NCBI GenBank assembly: GCA_035623395.1
Contig: DASPTN010000086.1
Location: 97,606 to 161,605, forward strand
DNA: 64,000 nt
Source of the DNA: Gemmatimonadales bacterium
Lineage (GTDB): Bacteria; Gemmatimonadota; Gemmatimonadetes; Gemmatimonadales; JACORV01
Direction of reading: 5' to 3'
The notes beneath the pieces are model-generated. The model ran no database searches. It was not told where the DNA came from and worked only from the letters and a program-made list of their open reading frames with translations. This document shows positions 54,912-62,066 of the stretch, in pieces. How positions within the stretch are numbered: the first letter of the stretch is position 1; each line of letters opens with the position of its first letter. The translations under genes were made by a program, and so were the position numbers.

Positions 54912-55009
54912 GGAATGGGGCCGGCCGCCTTGGTCGTCGGGCCGGCGGTGTGAGGAAGCGTGCCTAACAAGGTGTGGGGACGCCGGTCAGGCGGCGGCGC
55001 CGTCCGGCA

Positions 55010-55201
55010 TCAACCGTCCCAGGGTGGTTCGGCCTCTCCCCGATCGTCGATCTGCTGGCCATGCCGCACGTGCCGGTCGAGGCACTTGGGGCAGTAATAC
55101 AGCCCCTCGAGGTGGTCGTCGCGGACCAGGTCCTCGGTCGCACCACAATAGACGCAAGCAGCGGCGTCAGCCGTCACTTTGATTTCGCGCTCACGGGCCA
55201 T
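55010..55201 (-). CDS. Small zinc-ribbon protein (63 aa)
   Basis: ORF trimmed to ATG 55201. CVYCG...CPKC forms a four-Cys knuckle pair. Lies between selD and rnhA in the same orientation. Confidence 0.5.
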   Translation of the reverse strand: MAREREIKVTADAAACVYCGATEDLVRDDHLEGLYYCPKCLDRHVRHGQQIDDRGEAEPPWDG

Positions 55202-55278
55202 TCGACACCCCCCCGTCGAAGATAGCGCCGGCAGGCGGGGTGAGCACAGTCGGTCAGCTGACGACATTGCCGATCAAA

Positions 55279-56379
55279 TCACTTGGCATTCGGGGGCCCG
55301 CTGCCCGCGTGGACCGAAATCGAGCCGGGGCGCCCCTTTACGACCGTGCCGATCTCGGCGGCCGCCAGCGTGCCGTGCTCGGCGAGGAGCTCGAGCAGCC
55401 GGGGGAGAGCAGCTCGGGGAACGGCGAGCAGCAGCCCGCCCGAGGTTTGCGCATCGGCCAGCAGCAGCCGCTCGACCTCGTCCAGGGCCGGGTCCCAGGC
55501 GGTCGCCTCGTTGGCGGCCGCGAGATTGCGCCGCGTGCCGCCCGGCACGTGTCCCTGCTCGGCGAGCCGACGAGCTCCGGGGAGCCGCGGCACCGCGCCG
55601 GCCCACAGCTCCGCGGCGGCACCGCCCGCGCTCAACATCGAGGAAAGGTGCCCCAGGAGCCCGAAGCCCGTGACGTCCGTCGCCGCTCGCACGCCCGCAG
55701 CAGAGGCGGCGGCTGCGGCGCCGTCGTTGAGCGTCGTCATCGACTGGATGGAAGCGTGAACGGCGTCGTCCGGTGCGACGCCTTTCTTGATCGCGGTGGT
55801 CACGATGCCGGTGCCGATCGGCTTCGTGAGGACCAGCCGGTCGCCGGGCTGCGCGCCGGCATTGGTGGTCAGGCGGTCGGGATGAACCTCGCCGACGACC
55901 ATGAGTCCGTACTTCGGCTCCGGATCGTCGATCGAGTGGCCGCCCAGGATCCGCGCGCCGGCCCGAGCCACCATGTCCGCACCGCCCCGCAGCACCTCGC
56001 CGAGCGCGTCGAGCGGCAACCGGTCGCGCGGCCAGCCGACCACGTTGAGGCACCACAGCGGCCGCCCACCCATGGCGTAGACGTCCGACAGCGCGTTGGC
56101 CGCGGCGATCTGTCCGAAGGTGTACGGGTCATCCACGATCGGCGTGAAGAAGTCGGTCGTGAGGATGAGCGCGCGGTCGGCCGCGATCCGCACGACGGCC
56201 GCGTCGTCCCGGCTGCTGGCATCCACCAGCACGGCCGGGTCGGTCCCGGGCGGGACGGACGGCACGAAGCGCAGGACCTGCGCCAGCTCAGCGGGGCCGA
56301 GTTTGCAGGCTCAACCCGCGCCGTGGGAGTACGAGGTGAGCCGGATGCGGTCGCGCGGATTGGGTGTCTGGTCCGTCAT
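55279..56379 (-). CDS. selD: Selenide, water dikinase (selenophosphate synthetase), Sec-containing: in-frame TGA at 56313..56311
   Basis: ORFs 56311..56586 and 55279..56265 are in one frame separated only by a TGA. Read-through gives MTDQTPNPRDRIRLTSYSHGAG-U-ACKLGPAELAQVL..., then the AIR-synthase-like PurM fold (DDAAVV, DFFTPIVDDPYTFGQIAAANALSDVYAMGG). Confidence 0.88.
56269..56301 (-). promoter_or_regulatory. Candidate SECIS region downstream of the selD UGA
   Basis: On the mRNA: UGA, then 9 nt, then CUCGGC-CCC-GCUGAG (56301..56287), then CUG, then GCGCAG-GUC-CUGCGC (56283..56269). The second loop contains G-U about 30 nt from the UGA. Confidence 0.45.
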
Positions 56380-56458
56380 GGTGGCACCTCGACGGCGGGT
56401 GTCCTGCGGCCTACGCTTTGTCCTCGCAACTCGGCGTCTCGCGACTCGCAGCGGTCGT

Positions 56459-57355
56459 TCACGCGTACTCGCGGGCGATGAGCCAGGCGCGGAGCGAGGA
56501 GAGCGTGCGCTCCTCGGCATACGGCCCGCTGCCGACGGTGCCCTTCTGCGTCTGCATCTTGGCGAGCCGCGGCGCGGCCAGCGCAACCGCTTCCTTGGCC
56601 TGGGGCAACGGCACCGCCACCAGCGCGTCCACGGCGTGGACGATGTCGAGATTGCGCCAGGATCCGTCCGGCTTCTGGTTCAGGGCCAGATGCTCGGCCA
56701 GGATCGGCAGCTGGCCGCGGAACGGGGGCGGCGCCCAGGCGATCGCGGAGAGGGCGCCCACGGTGAGCGTCGGCGCCCACAGTCCGCCCCAGGAATCCCA
56801 CATCTTGGGGAGCGCGAGCAGCGAGCCCACGTGGCGCCGCACCAGCGTTCGGTCCTCCTCCCCGGCCCTGAGGACCGTCCGGAGCGCGAGGCACGATGCG
56901 AGGAACCGCGCCCCCTGGTCCGAGTTCACGGTGGCCCCGGTGGGAAGGGTGAGCCGCCGCACCGTCCTTCCGGACGAGCGGTACGAGAAGAAGCCACCGA
57001 TGGCGTGCTCGCACAGCTTGAGCTCGTGCCGGCGCGGCGTGCAGCCCTCGGCATAAGCGCCGTCCTTCTCCTGGCGACCGAGGATCCAGGTCACCAGCCG
57101 CCTGACCGCGTGCGCCGAAGGCGGGGCGCCGAGATCCATCAGCTCCCACGCCACCCAGGCGGTGGAGACCAGGTCGCCCGCCACGCTTCCGTCGGAGCGG
57201 ATGCGCGATCGGCGCTCCTTCATCAGCGCCTCGGCTAGGCGTTCATCGTCGCCGCGCGGGCTGCCGAGCAGCCGGCGCGCCACGAAGCCCTGCCGGGTGT
57301 CGCGTGCGGCGAAGTAGGCGCCCACCCGTTCGATCGCGACATGTACGGGATTCAT
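56459..57355 (-). CDS. Prenyltransferase/squalene-oxidase-repeat-like (alpha/alpha toroid) protein
   Basis: 298 aa with QW-like repeats (GRQEKDGAYAEG, NQKPDGSWRN) and helical-repeat composition. Family call is tentative. Confidence 0.5.
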   Translation of the reverse strand: MNPVHVAIERVGAYFAARDTRQGFVARRLLGSPRGDDERLAEALMKERRSRIRSDGSVAGDLVSTAWVAWELMDLGAPPSAHAVRRLVTWILGRQEKDGAYAEGCTPRRHELKLCEHAIGGFFSYRSSGRTVRRLTLPTGATVNSDQGARFLASCLALRTVLRAGEEDRTLVRRHVGSLLALPKMWDSWGGLWAPTLTVGALSAIAWAPPPFRGQLPILAEHLALNQKPDGSWRNLDIVHAVDALVAVPLPQAKEAVALAAPRLAKMQTQKGTVGSGPYAEERTLSSLRAWLIAREYA

Positions 57356-57377
57356 CGGCAGGAAAGCTACGAGTGTG

Positions 57378-57797
57378 TCAAGTGAGGCACCAAGCGCAGA
57401 CCCCGCCGGCGACGAGATACCTCAGCAGCGACGCCAAGAACTGCCTCAGGTCGTCGCGGGCCGGCGTGCCTAGCAGGCGGCGCCTGGTCCAGCGGTCCGC
57501 GCCGCCCGCCAAGGCACCCACGAGCAGGAACAACGTCACCCAGCCGCCGCTGCCGAGCGACCCGAACCACAGGGCCGCGAACAGCACAACGACGAGCGCC
57601 TCGACCGCTGCGGGCAGCCATACGACGCGAATGGCGGCCGTCCACCCGGCGGGGGGAGGCGGCGCCGGCTTCCCCCCGATACTCGACCCCCAGGCCTCGC
57701 TCTCCCAGCGCACGGACGCCGCGGCGAACGCGATGAAGACCGCCGCGACGAGGCCGAAGGCGATCGCGATCGGTGTCAGGCTCACGGCGCCTGCCAT
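57378..57797 (-). CDS. Small integral membrane protein (4 TM) ending in CAWC
   Basis: ORF trimmed to ATG 57797, which overlaps the end of the upstream gene by 16 nt. Hydrophobic helices throughout. C-terminus ...VAGGVCAWCLT. Confidence 0.55.
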   Translation of the reverse strand: MAGAVSLTPIAIAFGLVAAVFIAFAAASVRWESEAWGSSIGGKPAPPPPAGWTAAIRVVWLPAAVEALVVVLFAALWFGSLGSGGWVTLFLLVGALAGGADRWTRRRLLGTPARDDLRQFLASLLRYLVAGGVCAWCLT

Positions 57798-59464
57798 CCG
57801 GGACCGCGCAGGGCGCGGCCGGGGCGCTCCCCCGTCAGCCGTCCGTCGTCCATCGTGAAGCCCCCGTTGACCATGACGTAGCGGATGCCGACCGAGGGCT
57901 CGTGCGGGTCCTCGAACGTCGCGCGGTCGGCGACGGTGGCGGGGTCGAAGACGGTGATGTCGGCGAAATACCCTTCCTGCAGGAGGCCCCGCTGCTTCAG
58001 GCCCATCCGCGAGGCCGCCACGGCGGTCATCTTGCGGATCGCGGTCTCGAGCGTGAGTGCGTGCTCCTCGCGCACGTAGTGGCCGAGGATGCGCGGGAAC
58101 GTCCCGTAGGCGCGCGGGTGCACGTGGCGCATCTGGAGCGGGCCGTCGGGGGCCACCGCGCCGAAGTCGGAGCCGACCCCGACCCAGGGGGCCGCCACGG
58201 CGTCGGCCACGTCGGACTCGCTCATGGAGAAGAACGCCGCGCCGGTCCGCGCGCGATCGGCGACGATCAGGTCGAACAGCGCATCGTACGGATCCTTCCC
58301 TTCGTCGTGCGCGATGTCGGTGATCCGGCGTCCCTCGTAGCGCCGCAGCGTGGAGTCCAGCACGCCGAGCACCAGCACGTTCGCCAGGCCGCCCGCACCC
58401 GAGGCGAAGGACTCGTCTCCGCCGCGGACGGACTCCCGAGCCTCCATCTCCCGCTTGAGGCGGTCGCGGATGGCCGGGACCCGGAGCCGCGCGATCAGCG
58501 AGTCGTCGCCGCCGGCGTGGGCCCAGGCGGGCACGGCGGCGTCGAGACTCGCGGCCGACGCCGTGTAGGGATAGCTGTTGGCGCCGATGTGCCGGCCGGC
58601 CTTCCGCAACGCCTGGAACCGGTGCAGCAGCGCGGGCATCCGGCCCCAGTTGGCCCGCCCGGCGAGCTTGAGATGCCAGACCTCGACGGTGACGCCGGCC
58701 TCGCGGCCGATGCGGAACGCTTCGCCAAGGGAGCGGATGTGGGTGGCGTACACGCCGTGGTAGCGGGCGGCCACTCGCGCCAGCGCCACGAGCTCGGCGG
58801 TGCTCGCATAGACGGCAGGAGCGTAGCCGAGGGACGAGGACACGCCGAGCGCGCCCTGGCGCATCGCGGTGTCGACGAGCGCCTCCATCCACGCCAGCTC
58901 GGCGCGGGTGGGGGCGCGACGCGCGTACCCTACGACGTACTCCCGCACCTGCGTCGCGCCGACGAAGGTGGCGAGGTTGATGGGGGTGCCCGAGCGCTCG
59001 AGCCGCCGGAAGTAGCCGTCGAGGTCGTGCCAGTCCACGACCAGGCCCCACGCCGCGTAGGTGGCGCTGTCCCGCCGCACGGTGACGGCGCTCGCGGGCG
59101 CGGCGGACACGCCTTCGCCCGTGACCTCGGTCGTGATGCCCTGTGTCACCTTGCTCACGCCGCGGGGGTCGACGAGGATCGTCATCTCCGACTGGCCCAG
59201 CATGTCGATGAATCCGGGGGCCACCACCAGGCCGGAGACGTCGATGACGCGTGCCGCGCTGCGGCCCGCCAGGTCGCCGATGGCCGCGATCCGGTCCCCG
59301 CTCACGCCGACGTCGGCCACGCGCCCCGGCGAGCCGGTGCCGTCGACGACCGTGCCGCCGCGAAGCAGCACGTCGAAGTCCGCCTTCCGGTGCAGCCGCG
59401 GGGGCGTCGCGGCCAGGGCCAGGGCGGCGGCGAGCCCGGCGAGGAGCGGCCGCGCACGCCTCAT
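57782..59464 (-). CDS. N-acyl-D-amino-acid deacylase-like amidohydrolase, secreted
   Basis: ATG 59464 overlaps the upstream stop (ATGA). Signal peptide. FDVLLRGGTVVDGTG...VVAPGFIDMLGQSE...THIRS...VWHLK...GSDFG follows the D-aminoacylase layout, but the HxH position reads LGQ. Confidence 0.75.
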   Translation of the reverse strand: MRRARPLLAGLAAALALAATPPRLHRKADFDVLLRGGTVVDGTGSPGRVADVGVSGDRIAAIGDLAGRSAARVIDVSGLVVAPGFIDMLGQSEMTILVDPRGVSKVTQGITTEVTGEGVSAAPASAVTVRRDSATYAAWGLVVDWHDLDGYFRRLERSGTPINLATFVGATQVREYVVGYARRAPTRAELAWMEALVDTAMRQGALGVSSSLGYAPAVYASTAELVALARVAARYHGVYATHIRSLGEAFRIGREAGVTVEVWHLKLAGRANWGRMPALLHRFQALRKAGRHIGANSYPYTASAASLDAAVPAWAHAGGDDSLIARLRVPAIRDRLKREMEARESVRGGDESFASGAGGLANVLVLGVLDSTLRRYEGRRITDIAHDEGKDPYDALFDLIVADRARTGAAFFSMSESDVADAVAAPWVGVGSDFGAVAPDGPLQMRHVHPRAYGTFPRILGHYVREEHALTLETAIRKMTAVAASRMGLKQRGLLQEGYFADITVFDPATVADRATFEDPHEPSVGIRYVMVNGGFTMDDGRLTGERPGRALRGPGWQAP

Positions 59465-60774
59465 CCCGACCGGTCGAGTGCGGCGCGCGCCGCCTTGACC
59501 CACACCCGCGCCTGGGCCGGCGTGGGAGAGCGCGGCGGCGGATCGGCGGGCCGGGCCCTGAGCCGGGCCACGAGCGTGTCGGGATCCTGGCGGGCCAGCG
59601 TCGGCACGTCCATCACGCCGATCTCGGTCAGTCGGCGGGCATTGTCGGTTCCGATGCCGCGCAGCGTCACCAGGCGCGCCGCCTGGATCCAGCGCAGCGC
59701 ATCGTCGACGCTGGCGTCGGTCTCCCGGGCGACCTGGCTGGCCGGCTCGCTCGCGAGCTCGAACGGCGACTTCCCCGAGGCGCCGAGACGGAAGGCCGCC
59801 GACGCCGGCAGTCCCGGCACGTCGAGCAGGCGCGGGGTGGTGCTGGTGATCGTGAAGTGCTCCATGCCGGCGAGGACGAAGACGGCGAACGCCACGCCGG
59901 CGACCGCCGTGCCGACCTTGAGCTGCAGCCGGACCCGGCGCGCCGACTCCTCGGGCGTGGAGATGCCGAAGCAGGCCAGCAAGTGGAACACGGACCAGCA
60001 TTCGAGGGCGAAAACGGGGAACCCGAGGAAGCCCAGGAGCGGCATCTCGAACAGCTTGAGGTTCTCCAGCCCCGGCACGGTGTAGATCCAGCGGCTGCGG
60101 GCGATGGAGTTGTACAGCTCCCACATGAGGCCGATGGAGGCTCCGGCCGCCAGCAGCCGGAGGATGCGCCCCAGCTCGCCGCGCTCGAGGTCGGCGATCA
60201 GCGACCAGCGCGGCTCCCGGCGGTACAGCGCCGGCTCCGCCAGCAGCGTCGTCGCCCCCCAGACCAGCGGGAAGAAGTAGCGGGGCCACACCAGCGGCAG
60301 CACGAGGAAGACGATCCCCGCCAGCGACGTGAGACGGAGCCCGGGCGCGGTGACGCGCATCGCCGCCACGCGCACGCTGCGAATCACTCCCCACGACTCG
60401 AGGGCGCGCGCCGCGAGGAAGATGGCAGGCAGCACCGTCGCGAAGGCGAGCGAGATGCCGACCCACCGCGCCCACCGCGCGTCCGGGACGTTGACGTAGT
60501 ACCAATCCTCGAGACGCCAGTTCAGGAGCTCGAAGAAGAACCAGAACACCGCCGACCACGCGAACAGCGAGAGGGCATGCAGCGGGTTGGCGGTAAGCGG
60601 GTCGCGTCCCTCGCGGCGGGCGATCACCGCGGCCATCGCCACGATCGTCGGGTACCAGGCGGCGTGGTACAGCCAGGTCGCGGCCGGCTCGACGCCGCGC
60701 AGGGCGAGCCCGATGGCGAGACCGACCAACGCCGCCGCGGCTGCGACGACGAACGGCGCCTGGCGGGCGTTCAT
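59461..60774 (-). CDS. Polytopic membrane protein with C-terminal DUF4332-like helix-hairpin-helix domain
   Basis: About 9 hydrophobic helices, then LVTLRGIGTDNARRLTEIGVMDVPTLARQDPDTLVARL (DUF4332-type). Confidence 0.6.
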   Translation of the reverse strand: MNARQAPFVVAAAAALVGLAIGLALRGVEPAATWLYHAAWYPTIVAMAAVIARREGRDPLTANPLHALSLFAWSAVFWFFFELLNWRLEDWYYVNVPDARWARWVGISLAFATVLPAIFLAARALESWGVIRSVRVAAMRVTAPGLRLTSLAGIVFLVLPLVWPRYFFPLVWGATTLLAEPALYRREPRWSLIADLERGELGRILRLLAAGASIGLMWELYNSIARSRWIYTVPGLENLKLFEMPLLGFLGFPVFALECWSVFHLLACFGISTPEESARRVRLQLKVGTAVAGVAFAVFVLAGMEHFTITSTTPRLLDVPGLPASAAFRLGASGKSPFELASEPASQVARETDASVDDALRWIQAARLVTLRGIGTDNARRLTEIGVMDVPTLARQDPDTLVARLRARPADPPPRSPTPAQARVWVKAARAALDRSG

Positions 60775-60860
60775 CCGCGCAGGCGCCGGTGGGAACGAGA
60801 CGTCGCGGGCCGGGGCATGAGGTCAACCTATGAAGCGTGGCGACGCTCGCAAGGCCGGAC

Positions 60861-60866
60861 TACGTT
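60861..60866 (+). promoter_or_regulatory. -10-like TACGTT, 7 nt before ATG 60874 (candidate leaderless promoter)
   Basis: TACGTT, then tcccacg, then ATG. No SD. Weak -35 (TGGCGA) 17 nt upstream. Confidence 0.3.
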
Positions 60867-60873
60867 TCCCACG

Positions 60874-61650
60874 ATGGATCGCCTCGCTTCCCTTCCCCCT
60901 CCCGGCAAGCTCGGCGGCACGTTCCTGTGGGAAGGCATCATCAACGGACCGGTGCGCTCGAGGCGTCTGGGCGTCAGCCTCGGCCTGAACCTGATTCCGC
61001 TGCGCTCCAAGCTCTGCACCTTCGACTGCCCCTACTGCGAATGCGGCCTCAACACCCCGAAGGCGCCGCGTTCGCGGTGGCCGTCGCCGGACCTGGTGGC
61101 CGATGCCCTGCGGAAGACGCTGGAGTACCTGGGCGAGCCGCCGGACCGGGTGACGTTCGCGGGCAACGGGGAGCCGACGATGCATCCGCGCTTCGCGCTG
61201 GTGGTCGAGCGCGTGCTGGAGGTGCGCGACCGTCTGGCGCCGGGCCTCATGGTCGCGGTGATGTCGAACGGCCTGTCGTGCGGCAAGCCGGCCGTGCGGA
61301 GCGCCCTCGATCGCGTCGACGAGCGGCTGATGAAGCTGGACCCCGGTCCGCCGGCGCTGGTGAACGGCGTCGCCTACGACCGCCGCCGGCTCGTCGAGGA
61401 CCTTCGCGGCCTGGTGGACGTGACGGTGCAGGCACTCGTGGTGCAGGGGCCCGGGTATGACGGAGCCTCGGAGGAATCGGTCGGGGAGTGGCTGGCGGCG
61501 CTGGCGCGGCTGCAGCCGAAGGCCGTGCAGGTCTACTCGATCGCACGGCCCCCGGCGGACCCGCGGGTACGCCCCGTCGCGCGCGCGCAGCTCGAGGCGA
61601 TCGCGGCGCGCGCGCGGCGGGTCATCTCAGGCAGCGTCGAGGTCTTCTAG
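60874..61650 (+). CDS. Radical SAM domain protein (small, no SPASM extension)
   Basis: ORF 59251..61650 trimmed to ATG 60874. CTFDCPYC is the CX3CX2C cluster motif, followed by FAGNGEPT (SAM-binding GGE-like). 258 aa. Confidence 0.75.
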   Translation: MDRLASLPPPGKLGGTFLWEGIINGPVRSRRLGVSLGLNLIPLRSKLCTFDCPYCECGLNTPKAPRSRWPSPDLVADALRKTLEYLGEPPDRVTFAGNGEPTMHPRFALVVERVLEVRDRLAPGLMVAVMSNGLSCGKPAVRSALDRVDERLMKLDPGPPALVNGVAYDRRRLVEDLRGLVDVTVQALVVQGPGYDGASEESVGEWLAALARLQPKAVQVYSIARPPADPRVRPVARAQLEAIAARARRVISGSVEVF

Positions 61651-61952
61651 CGCTTCTTGGCGCGGCTCTTCTTGCGCTTCGGCGCGGCCTTGCGCTTGGC
61701 CGCCTTGCGGGGCGCCTTCCGCTTGGCCGCCCGGCGGGCCGGCTTCTTCGCCGCCTTCTTCTTCGCGGCCTTCTTGCGCTTCGGGGCCGCCTTCTTCACG
61801 GCGGGCGCCGGCTTGGGCGCCGGCTTCGGCGCGGGTGGCGTGTAGGCCGGCGCGGGCGGCGGCGGACTCCAGGCCGGCGGAGCCGGGGGCTGCGGCGGCA
61901 TGGACGACGGTGGCTCCCAACCTCCGATTCCCGTCATGTCATCGGACAGCAT
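61647..61952 (-). CDS. Histone H1-like Lys/Ala-rich basic protein with Pro-rich N-terminal half
   Basis: From ATG 61952: MLSDDMTGIGGWEPPSSMPPQPPAPPAWSPPPPAPAYTPPAPKPAPKPAPAVKKAAPKRKKAAKKKAAKKPARRAAKRKAPRKAAKRKAAPKRKKSRAKKR. Confidence 0.55.
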   Translation of the reverse strand: MLSDDMTGIGGWEPPSSMPPQPPAPPAWSPPPPAPAYTPPAPKPAPKPAPAVKKAAPKRKKAAKKKAAKKPARRAAKRKAPRKAAKRKAAPKRKKSRAKKR

Positions 61953-62066
61953 GAGCGTTCCTCCCAACGGAATTGGCGCTTCTGTCGCTCGGTTGAGCGG
62001 CTCTATACATTGCCTCCGAGATTCCACTTCGCAAGCGGCCCGGCGCCGGTCGCGAGGTTCCCGCCC

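Noticed and set aside
54912-55009. Search for tRNA-Sec or other tRNAs in the intergenic gaps around selD (54912..55009, 55202..55278, 56380..56458)
   Set aside because: No acceptor/T-arm (GTTCRANYC) pattern or UCA anticodon loop could be folded by eye. selC is presumably elsewhere in the genome.
57378-57380. Possible Sec read-through at the TGA following the C-terminal CAWC motif of the small membrane protein
   Set aside because: The sequence after the TGA in frame (TTRSFPADES...) is not protein-like, runs into the next gene in a different frame, and no hairpin follows the stop.
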